A stretch of 64,000 nt of DNA from Spirochaetota bacterium (GTDB lineage Bacteria > Spirochaetota > UBA4802 > UBA5550). The position numbers and the translations under genes were made by a program. The notes beneath the pieces are model-generated. The model was not told the DNA's origin and searched no databases. It saw nothing but the letters and a program-made list of their open reading frames with translations. Of this stretch, positions 40,370 to 51,353 are shown in pieces. The stretch lies in the NCBI GenBank assembly GCA_009787025.1, contig WRGT01000072.1:12393-76392 (forward strand), written 5' to 3'. The stretch's first letter is position 1; every line of letters begins with the position of its first letter.

Positions 40370-41287
40370 ATGAACAAATTACTTGAAACTATCGCCGTTA
40401 AAAAAACCAAACTGGATAAACTGCTCATCAGCAAAAGCAATAGGCAGTCATTGAATAATTGGCTAAAAACCGAACTTGCTTATACTTCCAATGCTATCGA
40501 AGGTAATACTTTGACGCGTAAAGAGACAGAACTTGCCATTGCCGAGGATATAACCGGCGGCTCAAAACCAATCAAAGATTATATAGAAGCAAAAAATCAT
40601 GCGGCGGCCTATGAATTTATACTGGACGCGATTGCTAACGGTGCGTCTGTTGATGAAAACCTTGTGCTTGCCCTGCACAAACGAATTTTAACAGGCATAG
40701 ATGATGAAAATGCAGGGTATTATCGTAATGTCCGTGTGCGGATTGCCGGTCCGAATGTTATTTTCCCAAATTATATGAAAGTCCCTGAATTGATGTCAGA
40801 ATTTAATACATGGCTGAAAACTAATGAATCGGACGCAGTGCATAAATCCATAGAAGCGCATTTTCGTCTGGTATCCATTCACCCGTTTATTGACGGCAAT
40901 GGCAGAACAAGCCGTCTGCTTATGAATATAATACTTATGAAAAGCGGATATGCGCCGATAATTATCCGCAAAATTGATAGACGGCGTTATCTGGCGGCGC
41001 TGGAAAAATATCAGACTACAGGAGACGGCAACCTGTATGAAAAATTTATGCTGGGAGCATTATCCAGATCGCTTTCAATGGCAATCGATTTGCTGGATAA
41101 GGATAGTGTTGACCCGAGAAAAATGCTGACGATTGCAAAGTTTGCGAATTTGGCAAATCTTCCGGTTTCAACAATTCGTTATTGGGTAAATGAAAATAAA
41201 CTTAAACCTGCCGGATATACCGCCGCCGGATATATGCTGTTCGACAAATCACAACTTAACGATTTGAATAAATTGAAGAAATCCTAA
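40370..41287 (+). CDS. Fic-family (AMPylase-type) protein with N-terminal inhibitory motif and C-terminal MerR-like HTH
   Basis: Fic motif HPFIDGNGRTSRLL; inhibitory (S/T)xxxE(G/N) motif TSNAIEGN N-terminal of it; C-terminal LTIAKFANLANLPVSTIRYWVNE HTH; GC about 42-45%. Confidence 0.8.
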   Translation: MNKLLETIAVKKTKLDKLLISKSNRQSLNNWLKTELAYTSNAIEGNTLTRKETELAIAEDITGGSKPIKDYIEAKNHAAAYEFILDAIANGASVDENLVLALHKRILTGIDDENAGYYRNVRVRIAGPNVIFPNYMKVPELMSEFNTWLKTNESDAVHKSIEAHFRLVSIHPFIDGNGRTSRLLMNIILMKSGYAPIIIRKIDRRRYLAALEKYQTTGDGNLYEKFMLGALSRSLSMAIDLLDKDSVDPRKMLTIAKFANLANLPVSTIRYWVNENKLKPAGYTAAGYMLFDKSQLNDLNKLKKS

Positions 41288-41311
41288 AAATTTTTTACCC
41301 AGCCAAAGCCT

Positions 41312-41340
41312 CCGTCGACGACTGAGACGGTCGTCTTTTT
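41312..41340 (+). terminator. rho-independent terminator after fic
   Basis: gacgac-tgagacg-gtcgtc + ttttt. Confidence 0.65.
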
Positions 41341-41446
41341 CCTGTGGTTTTTTGTGCAAACTACAAAAAGCAGTAAAAATATAATTTGACTTTATATAAA
41401 TAGTTCTTCTAACATAGCCTAATACTGCAAATTAATGAGGAAATTT

Positions 41447-43144
41447 ATGGAAGCAAAAGACGTTTATTCAAAAAAACCCTGGCTGAAATTTTATTCAGAA
41501 GGGGTAAGAGGAAAAATCAATTATGAAAAGATATGTCTCCATGAGATTTTAGAGAGAACCGTGTCTAAATTTGGCGATCGAGATGCTCTGATATTTCAAG
41601 GATTTAGAATGACTTATAATGAACTAAATGATACCGTAAACAGATTAGCCTGTTTCTTACATAAAAAGGGTATAAAAAAAGGCGATGTGGTCTCTATTCT
41701 TCTTCCGAATATGATACAAACCGTTGCAGCATATTATGCAATTATAAAGATTGGAGGTATTGTTCAATTAAACAATCCTCTTTATACAGATAGGGAACTT
41801 GCATATCAATTTAATGACTCAAACTCAAAGTTCCTCATCTGCCTTGATCTTCTTGCAAAGAGGATGATAAATCTCCGAAAAGATACAAAGATAAAAGAAA
41901 TCATATATGTATCAATCGGAGACTATCTGCCTCCGGTAAAAAAAGTGTTGATTAAGTTAGTTGGTAAAAAGAAAAAGATGATTGCCGATGTTCCGTCAAC
42001 AGAAAATGTTTATTCATGGTTTGAGGCTATAAGTGAAGACGGCATCCCTCCAAAAGTTAAAATCGGCTTTGAAGACACAGCAGCATATCAATATACGGGA
42101 GGCACAACAGGCGCTTCTAAAGGAGCTATACTCACTCACAAAAATCTATCCTGCTTAGTACAGATGTATAAGGAATGGTTTCCCGCTTTTCAACATGATA
42201 ATGATATGGTAGCCCTGTCTGCGCCGCCTATTTTTCATGTATTAGGTATGAGCGCAGCAATGAATCTCCCAATTTTTATGGGTTGGACATCTGTAATGAT
42301 CCCTAAGCCTCAGCCAAAAGAACTTCTTGAAGCAACAAGAAAGTATAAACCTACTTTCTCTCCGTTAGTGCCTACAATGTATGTTGGCATGCTTCAACAT
42401 CCCGATCTTAAAAAAACGGATATGAGATGTTATAAGCTTTTAACATCAGGCGGATCATCTCTCCCTGTTGAGGTATTAAAACAATTTAAAGAGCTTACAG
42501 GCGTTGATATAAATGAAGGTTTTGGCATGACAGAAACATCACCTCAGACTCATTTAAACCCCAGCGGAGGACTTAATAAGGCAGGGAGTATTGGAATCCC
42601 ATATCCTGATACTGAAGTAAAAATTGTAGATATTAAAACAGGAAAAAAACCCATGCCTGCAGGCAAAGAGGGAGAGATGATATTTAAGGGACCGCAGGTT
42701 ACAAAGGGATATCTAAATAAACCCGATGAGACAAAAAAAACAATACGAAACGGATGGCTCTATTCTGGAGATATTGCATACATGGATAAAGACGGCTTCT
42801 TCTACATTGTGGACAGATTAAAAGACCTTATAATTACAGGCGGATATAATGTATATCCACGTGAAATTGAAGAGATATTATATGAACACCCTAAAATCCA
42901 GAAAGCTGCCGCAATAGGTATTCCCGATACTAAAAAAGGCGAGGCAATAAAGATATTTGTAGTTCCAAATGAAGGGACAACTTTAGACAGTAATGAGATT
43001 ATGAAGTATTGCAAAGAAAAATTAGCAAAATACAAATTGCCGTCAACTATTGAAATAAGAACCTCTCTTCCGGAAAGTAATGTAGGTAAGATATTAAAGA
43101 AAGAATTGAGAAGAGAGGAAGAGGAAAATAAAAAGTCAAAGTGA
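41447..43144 (+). CDS. long-chain fatty-acid--CoA ligase (AMP-binding enzyme)
   Basis: AMP motif YTGGTTGASKGA, GFGMTE; start moved to second ATG with GAGGA RBS (track ORF starts 41435). Confidence 0.8.
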   Translation: MEAKDVYSKKPWLKFYSEGVRGKINYEKICLHEILERTVSKFGDRDALIFQGFRMTYNELNDTVNRLACFLHKKGIKKGDVVSILLPNMIQTVAAYYAIIKIGGIVQLNNPLYTDRELAYQFNDSNSKFLICLDLLAKRMINLRKDTKIKEIIYVSIGDYLPPVKKVLIKLVGKKKKMIADVPSTENVYSWFEAISEDGIPPKVKIGFEDTAAYQYTGGTTGASKGAILTHKNLSCLVQMYKEWFPAFQHDNDMVALSAPPIFHVLGMSAAMNLPIFMGWTSVMIPKPQPKELLEATRKYKPTFSPLVPTMYVGMLQHPDLKKTDMRCYKLLTSGGSSLPVEVLKQFKELTGVDINEGFGMTETSPQTHLNPSGGLNKAGSIGIPYPDTEVKIVDIKTGKKPMPAGKEGEMIFKGPQVTKGYLNKPDETKKTIRNGWLYSGDIAYMDKDGFFYIVDRLKDLIITGGYNVYPREIEEILYEHPKIQKAAAIGIPDTKKGEAIKIFVVPNEGTTLDSNEIMKYCKEKLAKYKLPSTIEIRTSLPESNVGKILKKELRREEEENKKSK

Positions 43145-43340
43145 CATAATTTATAAATGTCAAGCTTAATATTTGCATAAAACTTTAATAAACTATAAAA
43201 TTTTTAATTAATGAGTTGTATTTTATATATATATAATATTTACTCTCACTAAATAAAAAAGCATATATAATTTTATGCTATTATGGAAAATATGTTTTGC
43301 TAATTTTTTAAAAGTAGATTATTTAAAAAAACAAAATTTA

Positions 43341-43369
43341 TTGACATTTTAAAAGTCAATTTATATAAA
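43341..43369 (+). promoter_or_regulatory. near-consensus sigma70-type promoter overlapping a TTGACA...TGTCAA inverted repeat, upstream of the acyl-CoA dehydrogenase gene
   Basis: TTGACA-17 nt-TATAAA; ttgacattttaaaagtcaa imperfect palindrome. Confidence 0.35.
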
Positions 43370-43568
43370 TTCTTAAATAATATAATATTTGCTTATTAAT
43401 TTTGAGAATTTATAGTTTATAAAAGGTTAATATTATATTTTCCTAATCCTATACAGAGAAAATAAAAAAATTATACTATCTTTAATAAAAAATTCAAAAA
43501 AATTTATTCCAGAGATTTTTTTACTCTGTATAAAGATATAAATCATTTATTGTAAGAAGGAGGTTTTT

Positions 43569-45440
43569 ATGCTTAATCCATTAGTTGATACTAGGGATGT
43601 AAAATTTGTTGTATTTGAGTTACTCGAAATTGATAAAATGGCAAAATATTCAAGCTTTGCAGATTTTGATCATGACACTTATGATGCAACTATTGATTTA
43701 GCTGAACAGATTGCAGTTGAAGTACTTTATCCCACAGCAGAAGAGGGAGATAAAGTAGGAGTAAAATGGGATCCGGTAACAAAGGCTGTTAAAATTCCGG
43801 AAATTTTCAAACCGGCGCTTGATGCATATTATCAGGCAGGTTTTATGGGTCTAAGTGATAATCCGAAACATAACGGAATGGGAATGCCTCTTTTAATGAC
43901 AGCGGCAGGTACAGAGTATATTTGCGCAGCAAACTATCCGCTTGGCATGTATCCCGGACTTTCACACGGCGCTATGGAACTCTTCTTTGAGTTCGGAACA
44001 CCTGAGCAGCAACATCTTTATGGTGATAAGATAATGACAGGGGAATGGGGCGGCACAATGTGTCTAACAGAACCTGAGGCGGGCTCTGACGTTGGAAATT
44101 TAAAGACTAAAGCCGTAAAACAGCCTGATGGCACCTATAAAATTACAGGACAGAAAATATTTATATCATCCGGCGAGAATGATTACTATAAGAATATGGT
44201 TCACCCTGTTCTTGCAAGAATTGAAGGCGACCCAAAAGGAACAAAAGGTATATCTATTTTTATTGTTCCTAAATTCCTTGTAAATCCTGACGGCTCTATG
44301 GGCGCATTTAATGATGTTACATGTTCAGGCGTAGAACACAAAATGGGTATTCATGGTCAGCCTACATGTCAGCTCTCTTTTGGTGATAATGGAAACTGTA
44401 TTGGTTATCTGCTTGGTGAAGAACGTCAAGGTATGAAGATAATGTTTATGATGATGAACTATGCGCGTAGTGGTGTTGCTATGCAGGGATTAGGAAACGC
44501 ATCAGCAGCATATATGCATGCAGTTACATATACAAAGAATAGATTCCAGGGCGCAGACGTAACTCAAATGCTTAATCCAGATGCTCCGCTTGTAACTATC
44601 AGCAAACATCCTGATGTAAAAAGAATGTTGCTTTGGATGAAATCTCATCTTGAAGGAGAAAGAGTTCTCAACTACTTCCTTTTCATGCAGCACGACATTA
44701 TTAAACATGACCCTGATGAAAACGCAAGGAAAGAAGCTCAAGCATTCCTTGAAATTCTTACACCAATATGTAAAGCAGGATGTACCGATAAGGGTGTTGA
44801 AATTACTTCAATGGCTATGCAGTGCTACGGCGGATACGGATTCTGTAAGGATTATCCGATTGTGAGATATATGAACGATTCTAAAATTCTTGCAATATGG
44901 GAAGGAACAAACGGTATCCAGTCTATGGACCTTACAATGAGAAAAATTCTCATGAACAAGGAACAATATAACTACAAGGTTATGAAAGCAAGAATGGAAG
45001 ATGCAGCAGCTAAGGCTAAAGGGATTGTTGAAGATAAATATCTTGATCTTTATACAAGAGGTATTAAGGAACTTGATGATGTTATTGAGATGCTGAAAAA
45101 ACAGATGTCTGAAGGTAAATTCCTTAACCTGTTTATGCAGGCAACTCCACTCCAAGAGGCTATGTATATGTTAGCTATTGCATGGTGCCATGTATGGACT
45201 CTAACAATTACAACTCCTAAGATGAAAGAACTTGTAGGAGATGCAAAAGGAGCAGATAGAGAGAAACTTCTGGCTGATAATGCAGAAGCAGCATTCTTTA
45301 CAGGAAAAGTTCTTTCATCACAATTCTATTTAGGATCTGAGTTCCCTAAATATTTTGGAAAAATTGAAGCTATTAAATTTAACGAAGGCGCTACAGTTAA
45401 AGCAAGTGATCCGATATTTACAGGCGCTCTTGCAGAATAA
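43569..45440 (+). CDS. acyl-CoA dehydrogenase (long, about 620-aa form)
   Basis: ACAD C-terminal signature YGGYGFCKDYPIVRYMNDSKILAIWEGTNGIQ. Confidence 0.8.
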   Translation: MLNPLVDTRDVKFVVFELLEIDKMAKYSSFADFDHDTYDATIDLAEQIAVEVLYPTAEEGDKVGVKWDPVTKAVKIPEIFKPALDAYYQAGFMGLSDNPKHNGMGMPLLMTAAGTEYICAANYPLGMYPGLSHGAMELFFEFGTPEQQHLYGDKIMTGEWGGTMCLTEPEAGSDVGNLKTKAVKQPDGTYKITGQKIFISSGENDYYKNMVHPVLARIEGDPKGTKGISIFIVPKFLVNPDGSMGAFNDVTCSGVEHKMGIHGQPTCQLSFGDNGNCIGYLLGEERQGMKIMFMMMNYARSGVAMQGLGNASAAYMHAVTYTKNRFQGADVTQMLNPDAPLVTISKHPDVKRMLLWMKSHLEGERVLNYFLFMQHDIIKHDPDENARKEAQAFLEILTPICKAGCTDKGVEITSMAMQCYGGYGFCKDYPIVRYMNDSKILAIWEGTNGIQSMDLTMRKILMNKEQYNYKVMKARMEDAAAKAKGIVEDKYLDLYTRGIKELDDVIEMLKKQMSEGKFLNLFMQATPLQEAMYMLAIAWCHVWTLTITTPKMKELVGDAKGADREKLLADNAEAAFFTGKVLSSQFYLGSEFPKYFGKIEAIKFNEGATVKASDPIFTGALAE

Positions 45441-45470
45441 ACAAGCTTTATTTTAATATCTTACCTAAAA

Positions 45471-45499
45471 AAGGGATAATTTTGCTTATCCCTTTTTTT
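45471..45499 (+). terminator. rho-independent terminator after the acyl-CoA dehydrogenase gene
   Basis: aagggataa-ttttgc-ttatccctt + ttttt. Confidence 0.7.
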
Positions 45500-45636
45500 A
45501 TTAATAAACACTATGTAAACATTTTGTTTCATACTGCCAAAAATTTTAACCAAAATCAAAATGATTATTTGACACAAAAGACTCATTGAAGAATAAATAA
45601 ACATATTAAACTTATAAATTTTATAATAATTATACA

Positions 45637-45909
45637 ATGAATAAAAAAGCCATATTTGATATAATAGTAATACCAAAATCTTCAATGAGTGAAATAAAAA
45701 TAGACCAACACGCTAATATTAAAATCTACCTTAATTCTCCCCCTGTTGACGGTAAGGCAAATATTGAGTGTATGGGCTTACTCTCTTCAAAATTAAAAAC
45801 TGCAAAGTCAAATATATCAATTATAAAAGGAACTCATGGAAGAAATAAAAGAATATCAGTTGCAGGAATGTCCATTGAAGAGATTATTGAGAGATTAAAA
45901 AATTTATGA
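45637..45909 (+). CDS. DUF167/YggU-family small protein
   Basis: 90 aa, pattern IKIYLNSPPVDGKANIEC... Confidence 0.55.
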   Translation: MNKKAIFDIIVIPKSSMSEIKIDQHANIKIYLNSPPVDGKANIECMGLLSSKLKTAKSNISIIKGTHGRNKRISVAGMSIEEIIERLKNL

Positions 45910-46778
45910 AAAAACAGATAATCGCAGATATTCTATTGCTTATAGTTGTAATCTTCTGGGGCTATTCATTTGTTGCAGTTAAGGATGCTCTTGTATATAT
46001 ATCGCCGTTTAACTTTCTTGCATACAGATTCACAATATCATTCCTCATACTAATTGTTATTTTTAATAAAAGACTCGCAAAGCTGAATAAAGAAACAATA
46101 ATACATGGGATTATTATTGGAACATTCCTTTTCTTTGCATACGCATTTCAAACAGTAGGATTACAATATACTACGGCTTCAAACGGAGGTTTTATTACAG
46201 GATTCAGCGTAGTTCTTGTGCCTGTTTTTTCTGTTTTGTTTATAAAATCCAAACCGTCGACCGAGAGTATAATAGGCGTTATATTTGCATCTATAGGCCT
46301 TTATCTTTTAACATATAATAATGACTTTGAGATAAACAAAGGAGATATATTGATTCTGTTCTGCGCCGTAGCAGTTGCATTTCATATACTTACTGTTGAT
46401 CGCTACACAGTAAAAAACGATTCAATACTGCTGACAGTAGTGCAAATCGGAGTTGTAACATTTTTTTCATTATTATCTGCCGGCATATTGGAAACACCTG
46501 CTTTACCTAAAGGTCCGGGAGTATGGGAAGCTATAATAATAACATCAATTTTTGCAACAGTCGGCGCCTACCTTATACAAAATATTGCTCAACGCTTTAC
46601 AAGTCCGACTCATACCGCACTGATATTTTCAGGTGAACCGGTTTTTGCAGGTATCTTCGGTTACCTTCTTTTAAACGAAAGGCTTAATGACGGAGCGATT
46701 TTTGGATGCTTTCTAATACTTTCAGGGATGATAATAAGCGAATTAAAAATATTTAAAGCTACAAAAAACAAATCTTAG
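45906..46778 (+). CDS. EamA/DMT-superfamily transporter
   Basis: 10 predicted TM helices, two EamA-like halves; 4-bp overlap with upstream gene. Confidence 0.7.
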   Translation: MKKQIIADILLLIVVIFWGYSFVAVKDALVYISPFNFLAYRFTISFLILIVIFNKRLAKLNKETIIHGIIIGTFLFFAYAFQTVGLQYTTASNGGFITGFSVVLVPVFSVLFIKSKPSTESIIGVIFASIGLYLLTYNNDFEINKGDILILFCAVAVAFHILTVDRYTVKNDSILLTVVQIGVVTFFSLLSAGILETPALPKGPGVWEAIIITSIFATVGAYLIQNIAQRFTSPTHTALIFSGEPVFAGIFGYLLLNERLNDGAIFGCFLILSGMIISELKIFKATKNKS

Positions 46779-46794
46779 ATCTGGAATTAATGTC

Positions 46795-48804
46795 ATGGAA
46801 AAATTTAAAGTTATCTCCCCATATAAATCCTCTACCGAACAGATAAAAGTAGTAGAAAGTATAGTTGAAGGTATAAATTCAGGAAATCATTTTCAAACTT
46901 TGCTGGGAGTAACAGGTTCGGGAAAAACATATTCAATGGCAAAAATTATTGAATCTGTAAATAAACCTGCGCTTGTACTAACACATAATAAAACATTGGC
47001 AGCGCAACTTTATAGAGAATTTACAGAATTCCTCCCAAACAACGCTGTTGAGTACTTTGTTTCTTATTACGATTATTATCAGCCTGAAGCCTATGTAGTT
47101 TCATCGGATATATATATAGAGAAGGATGTATCTATTAATGATGAAATAGACAGATTAAGGCTAAAAGCAACCTCTTCATTATTAGAGAGAAGGGATGTAG
47201 TAGTTGTATCCTCTGTTTCATGTATATATGGTCTTGGCAAACCGGAAAATTTTGAAAAATCGCATATTGTATTACGAAAGAACCAATATGCAGATAGAGA
47301 TCTTCTTTTGAAAAGATTAATCTCAATACACTACGAAAGAAATGACATAGCTTTTACACGCGGTATGTTTAAAGTAAAGGGTGATACCATAGATATATAT
47401 CCTGCATATTTAAGACAAATGGCTTATAGAATAGAATTATTTGGAGATGAGATAGACCGATTAACTGCTTTTAATCCAGTAAGCGGCGAGATTATAAATG
47501 AAACGGATATATGTGTTATATTTCCGGCAAAGCACTTTATAGCAGAAAAGGAAGATATGAAAATAACCGTAGATATGATTGTTGCCGAACTTGAAGATAG
47601 ACTAAAATTTTTTCGTAAAGAGGGTAAGCTGCTTGAAGCGCAGAGACTTGAGAGCCGTACAAAATATGATATGGAGATGTTAATTGAAACAGGTTATTGC
47701 AGCGGCATTGAAAATTACTCAAGAATAATTGACAGAAGAAAACCCGGTGAGAGACCTGCCTGCCTTATAGATTATTTTAAGAACGATTTTATACTTTTTG
47801 TTGATGAGTCCCATGTCACAATTCCTCAAATTAGAGGAATGTATGCAGGTGACAGAGCAAGAAAAGAGAGTTTAGTAGAGTATGGATTCCGACTGCCGTC
47901 AGCTCTCGATAACAGACCTCTTGTCTTTGAAGAATTTGAAAATATGATAAAACACGGAGTATTTGTATCGGCAACCCCGGCAGAATATGAATTAGAAAAA
48001 TCCGAAAATATTGCAGAACAGGTCATAAGACCAACAGGATTAGTTGATCCAGAGATTGAAATAAGACCTGCTAAAAATCAGGCAGACAATCTCATTGGAG
48101 AGGTGAGACAGAGAGTAGAAGCGAATGAACGTGTCCTTGTAACTACTTTAACAAAAAAAATGGCAGAGGATCTTGCTCAGTACTTTGAAGAAGTTGGAAT
48201 CAGGGCAAGATATTTACATTCTGAGATTAATACAATTGAACGCGTTGAAATTATAAGAGACTTAAGAAAGGGAGAGTTCGATTGCTTAATAGGTATTAAT
48301 CTCTTAAGAGAAGGTTTGGATATGCCGGAGGTATCACTTGTGGCAATTCTTGATGCAGATAAAGAAGGGTTTTTGCGTTCTAAACGTTCCCTCATTCAAA
48401 CTGCAGGAAGGGCGGCAAGGAATTTAAATGGAAAAGTAATAATGTATGCTGATAAAATAACAGATTCAATACAGGAAGCGATTGATGAAACAAATAGAAG
48501 GAGAAAAATTCAAATTGAACATAATATAAAAAATAATATTAAACCTGAATCAATAAAGAAACAAGTTACTGATATACTTCAAAGGGAATATATAAAAGAA
48601 AATCCATATATTGATTATGTTGCAGACAATACAACAGCATATCGCAGCAATAACATAAAAGAACTTGAAGAGATAAAGTTGAGTTTAAAGAAACATATGT
48701 TGGATGCTGCCGATAATCTTGAATTTGAAAAAGCAGCGCTTTTAAGAGATCAGATGATTGATATTGAAAATAAAATAGTTATCTTAAAAAAGAAAAAGAG
48801 ATAA
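46795..48804 (+). CDS. uvrB: excinuclease ABC subunit B
   Basis: GVTGSGKT Walker A, helicase motifs, C-terminal UVR domain [18 protein letters not shown]. Confidence 0.9.
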   Translation: MEKFKVISPYKSSTEQIKVVESIVEGINSGNHFQTLLGVTGSGKTYSMAKIIESVNKPALVLTHNKTLAAQLYREFTEFLPNNAVEYFVSYYDYYQPEAYVVSSDIYIEKDVSINDEIDRLRLKATSSLLERRDVVVVSSVSCIYGLGKPENFEKSHIVLRKNQYADRDLLLKRLISIHYERNDIAFTRGMFKVKGDTIDIYPAYLRQMAYRIELFGDEIDRLTAFNPVSGEIINETDICVIFPAKHFIAEKEDMKITVDMIVAELEDRLKFFRKEGKLLEAQRLESRTKYDMEMLIETGYCSGIENYSRIIDRRKPGERPACLIDYFKNDFILFVDESHVTIPQIRGMYAGDRARKESLVEYGFRLPSALDNRPLVFEEFENMIKHGVFVSATPAEYELEKSENIAEQVIRPTGLVDPEIEIRPAKNQADNLIGEVRQRVEANERVLVTTLTKKMAEDLAQYFEEVGIRARYLHSEINTIERVEIIRDLRKGEFDCLIGINLLREGLDMPEVSLVAILDADKEGFLRSKRSLIQTAGRAARNLNGKVIMYADKITDSIQEAIDETNRRRKIQIEHNIKNNIKPESIKKQVTDILQREYIKENPYIDYVADNTTAYRSNNIKELEEIKLSLKKHMLDAADNLEFEKAALLRDQMIDIENKIVILKKKKR

Positions 48805-48888
48805 TTGTTTTTTTATCATAATTTTTCTTGAAAAAAAAACACAGTACTATAATTTGATACAAATACAAATAAAAAATATAGAGGGACT

Positions 48889-49320
48889 ATGAGTACAACA
48901 ATCGGTAACCAAAGCAAATATCGTGAAAGATATAATGATCATGAATTTCTTTCAGAGAGTATTCTTGATGATAATAAAGAAACAGAATTTTTCAAAAATA
49001 TCAGATTACGACTCAAGGAAATCAGAAAAGAGCTGGGAATTACTCAAAGGGAATTTGGTGAATCTGCCGGAATTGACAGAAGATATGTAGCTAAAGTAGA
49101 ATGCGGGTCGCAAAATCCGTCATTTAAATTTATCAGAAGTGTTTCAATACGTCACAAAATCTCATTAGATTGGCTATTATACGGCATTGGTGAAAAATTT
49201 ATTATTGCTGATGAAAACAGCTATGGGAAAGAATTAGTTACATTCAAAAAACTATTGGATAAGGGATCACCTGAAGATATTGAAGTAATTATCAAAATGA
49301 TAAATAAAATATTAAATTAA
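48889..49320 (+). CDS. XRE-family helix-turn-helix transcriptional regulator
   Basis: HTH LKEIRKELGITQREFGESAGIDRRYVAKVECG. Confidence 0.6.
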   Translation: MSTTIGNQSKYRERYNDHEFLSESILDDNKETEFFKNIRLRLKEIRKELGITQREFGESAGIDRRYVAKVECGSQNPSFKFIRSVSIRHKISLDWLLYGIGEKFIIADENSYGKELVTFKKLLDKGSPEDIEVIIKMINKILN

Positions 49321-49391
49321 TTCCTATGCGCGGCATATCATATTCGGGTCGAAAATTTTCGACCCGTACCACAATCTTTACATTTATTTTA

Positions 49392-50978
49392 TTAATGTTT
49401 AATAATTGGCGGGTAATTAGTTATTCTCCTTATCTCTTTATAAAGAGATCTCATTCTACTGTATAACTTCATGTAAACATTTTCAAATAAGTCTTTATAA
49501 ATTTTATTATTTTCTTGATCAGGCTCATAGACTTTAGATATTTTAGTCATAGATTGAACAGCTTCGTTAAAACTGCCGAATACTTTAAGACCAACTGCCG
49601 CATCAATAGCTGCTCCCAAAGCTGAAGTTTCAAATGTATGCGGTTGTTCTACAACAAGATTAAATATATCAGCAGTAACCTGCATTGCCGTTTTACTCTG
49701 TGAACCTCCTCCTGAAATTCTAAGTCTTTGGATAGGCACTCCGTTTTTCTTTTCAGTTCTAATTGCGCCCTCTTTCAATGCATATGATAATCCTTCAATA
49801 ATAGATCTATATACATGAGCCCGGGTATGAACATCGCCAAAACCTATTATTGCGCCCTTAGCCTCTGGTCCCGGTTCTTTCACTCCTGAAGACCAAAAAG
49901 GCTGCAACATCAACCCCATTGAACCCGGCGAAATAGTACTCGCCATCTGATCCAAAATCACCTCCGGAGCGATTCTTTTCTTTTGAGCCAATAATACCTC
50001 ATTATGAGCAAATTCATTTTTAAACCAACTCACCATCCAATAACCTCTATATATCATAACCTCAGTATTATATGCACCCGGAACAGCGCTTGGATATGGC
50101 GGAAGTGGCGGTATAATTTCTTTATACTCTTTATTAGTCGTTTCAATAGTTGCAGTAGTACCAAAACTTAAACATGCAATTTCCGGCGATAAACAACCGG
50201 AACCTAATACTTCACATGCTTTATCGGCTGCTGCAGCAAAAATAGGCAGACCTGACGGTATCCCTGTATGCATAGCAGCCTTTGATGAAATATATCCTAA
50301 TAATTCGGAAGGCTTTACAAGATTAGGGAGTTGATTTCTATTGATACATGGAAACATCTTCCATTTTAAGTCACTATCTTTTGCCCATCGATGTCTTTTA
50401 TAATCAAATGGAACATATCCCACTTGATTGCCCGTTGAATCAACAAATTCACCGGTCAACTTATATGTAAGATACCCTGAAAGAAAAAGAAATTTATCTG
50501 TTTTATCCCATATCTTTGGTTCATTTTGATAAATCCAATTTGCTTCAGACTCCTTCATGGAATAAATAAGAGGATCATAAAATTTTATCGCTTTAAGAAG
50601 TAACTTTAAATATAATGGGGGCCAATCTATTTTATCAGCTCTTCTTCTATCTAACCATATAATTGCCGGGCGTAAAGGAATTCCATCTTTATCTAAATTA
50701 ACCATGGTATCACGCTGTGTAGTTAAAGTTACGCCTCTAATTGATTCTTTTTTCACAGGAAGATCATTAAGTAATTTTTTACTTGTAGCTCCTAAAACTT
50801 TCCAAAAATATTCAGGATGTTGTTCAGCCCAACCCGGTTTTAGTGAAAAATATGGTTCAATTTCAGTTTTACAAATCTTTAAAATATTACCCTTAAAATC
50901 AATTAATGCAGCTCTAATAGACTGAGTGCCTGCATCAATCGCCAATACCGATTCAATTATTTTTTTCCCAGTAGTCAT
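49392..50978 (-). CDS. FGGY-family carbohydrate kinase
   Basis: N-terminal AIDAGTQSIRAALID, C-terminal GGGSQSKTAMQVTADIF. Confidence 0.75.
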   Translation of the reverse strand: MTTGKKIIESVLAIDAGTQSIRAALIDFKGNILKICKTEIEPYFSLKPGWAEQHPEYFWKVLGATSKKLLNDLPVKKESIRGVTLTTQRDTMVNLDKDGIPLRPAIIWLDRRRADKIDWPPLYLKLLLKAIKFYDPLIYSMKESEANWIYQNEPKIWDKTDKFLFLSGYLTYKLTGEFVDSTGNQVGYVPFDYKRHRWAKDSDLKWKMFPCINRNQLPNLVKPSELLGYISSKAAMHTGIPSGLPIFAAAADKACEVLGSGCLSPEIACLSFGTTATIETTNKEYKEIIPPLPPYPSAVPGAYNTEVMIYRGYWMVSWFKNEFAHNEVLLAQKKRIAPEVILDQMASTISPGSMGLMLQPFWSSGVKEPGPEAKGAIIGFGDVHTRAHVYRSIIEGLSYALKEGAIRTEKKNGVPIQRLRISGGGSQSKTAMQVTADIFNLVVEQPHTFETSALGAAIDAAVGLKVFGSFNEAVQSMTKISKVYEPDQENNKIYKDLFENVYMKLYSRMRSLYKEIRRITNYPPIIKH

Positions 50979-50996
50979 AAGTTACCTCATATATAA

Positions 50997-51347
50997 TTAT
51001 TTATCTAAATACTTTATTGCTGTTTCGGTTGTACTAAAGACTTTAACATAATCCGTTAAGCCAACAATATTCATTACTTTTTTTATATGATCTGATAAAC
51101 TGGTAAAAATAAATTCTCCCCCTCTTTCTTTGTGCCTTTGGAGAATATTTAAAAAATAAGAAATACCCGTCGAATTTATATAATCTGTTTTACTAAAATC
51201 GAATATCAATATTTTAGCATCAAGTTGATTAATAATTTCCTTATATGTATCTTCCAATAATTGTTTTGCCTCCAATGTAATATCTCCATCAAGAAAAATT
51301 ATTGGAAAAGATTTAATGACTTCCCATGTTAAACCAAATGAATGCAT
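50997..51347 (-). CDS. STAS-domain anti-sigma-factor antagonist-like protein
   Basis: 116 aa, SpoIIAA-like pattern (LILDFSKTDYINSTGISYFLNIL). Confidence 0.6.
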   Translation of the reverse strand: MHSFGLTWEVIKSFPIIFLDGDITLEAKQLLEDTYKEIINQLDAKILIFDFSKTDYINSTGISYFLNILQRHKERGGEFIFTSLSDHIKKVMNIVGLTDYVKVFSTTETAIKYLDK

Positions 51348-51353
51348 ATAATA

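Noticed and set aside
45461-45685. 74-aa minus-strand ORF
   Set aside because: AT-rich low-complexity product overlapping a terminator and the start of the DUF167 gene. No RBS.
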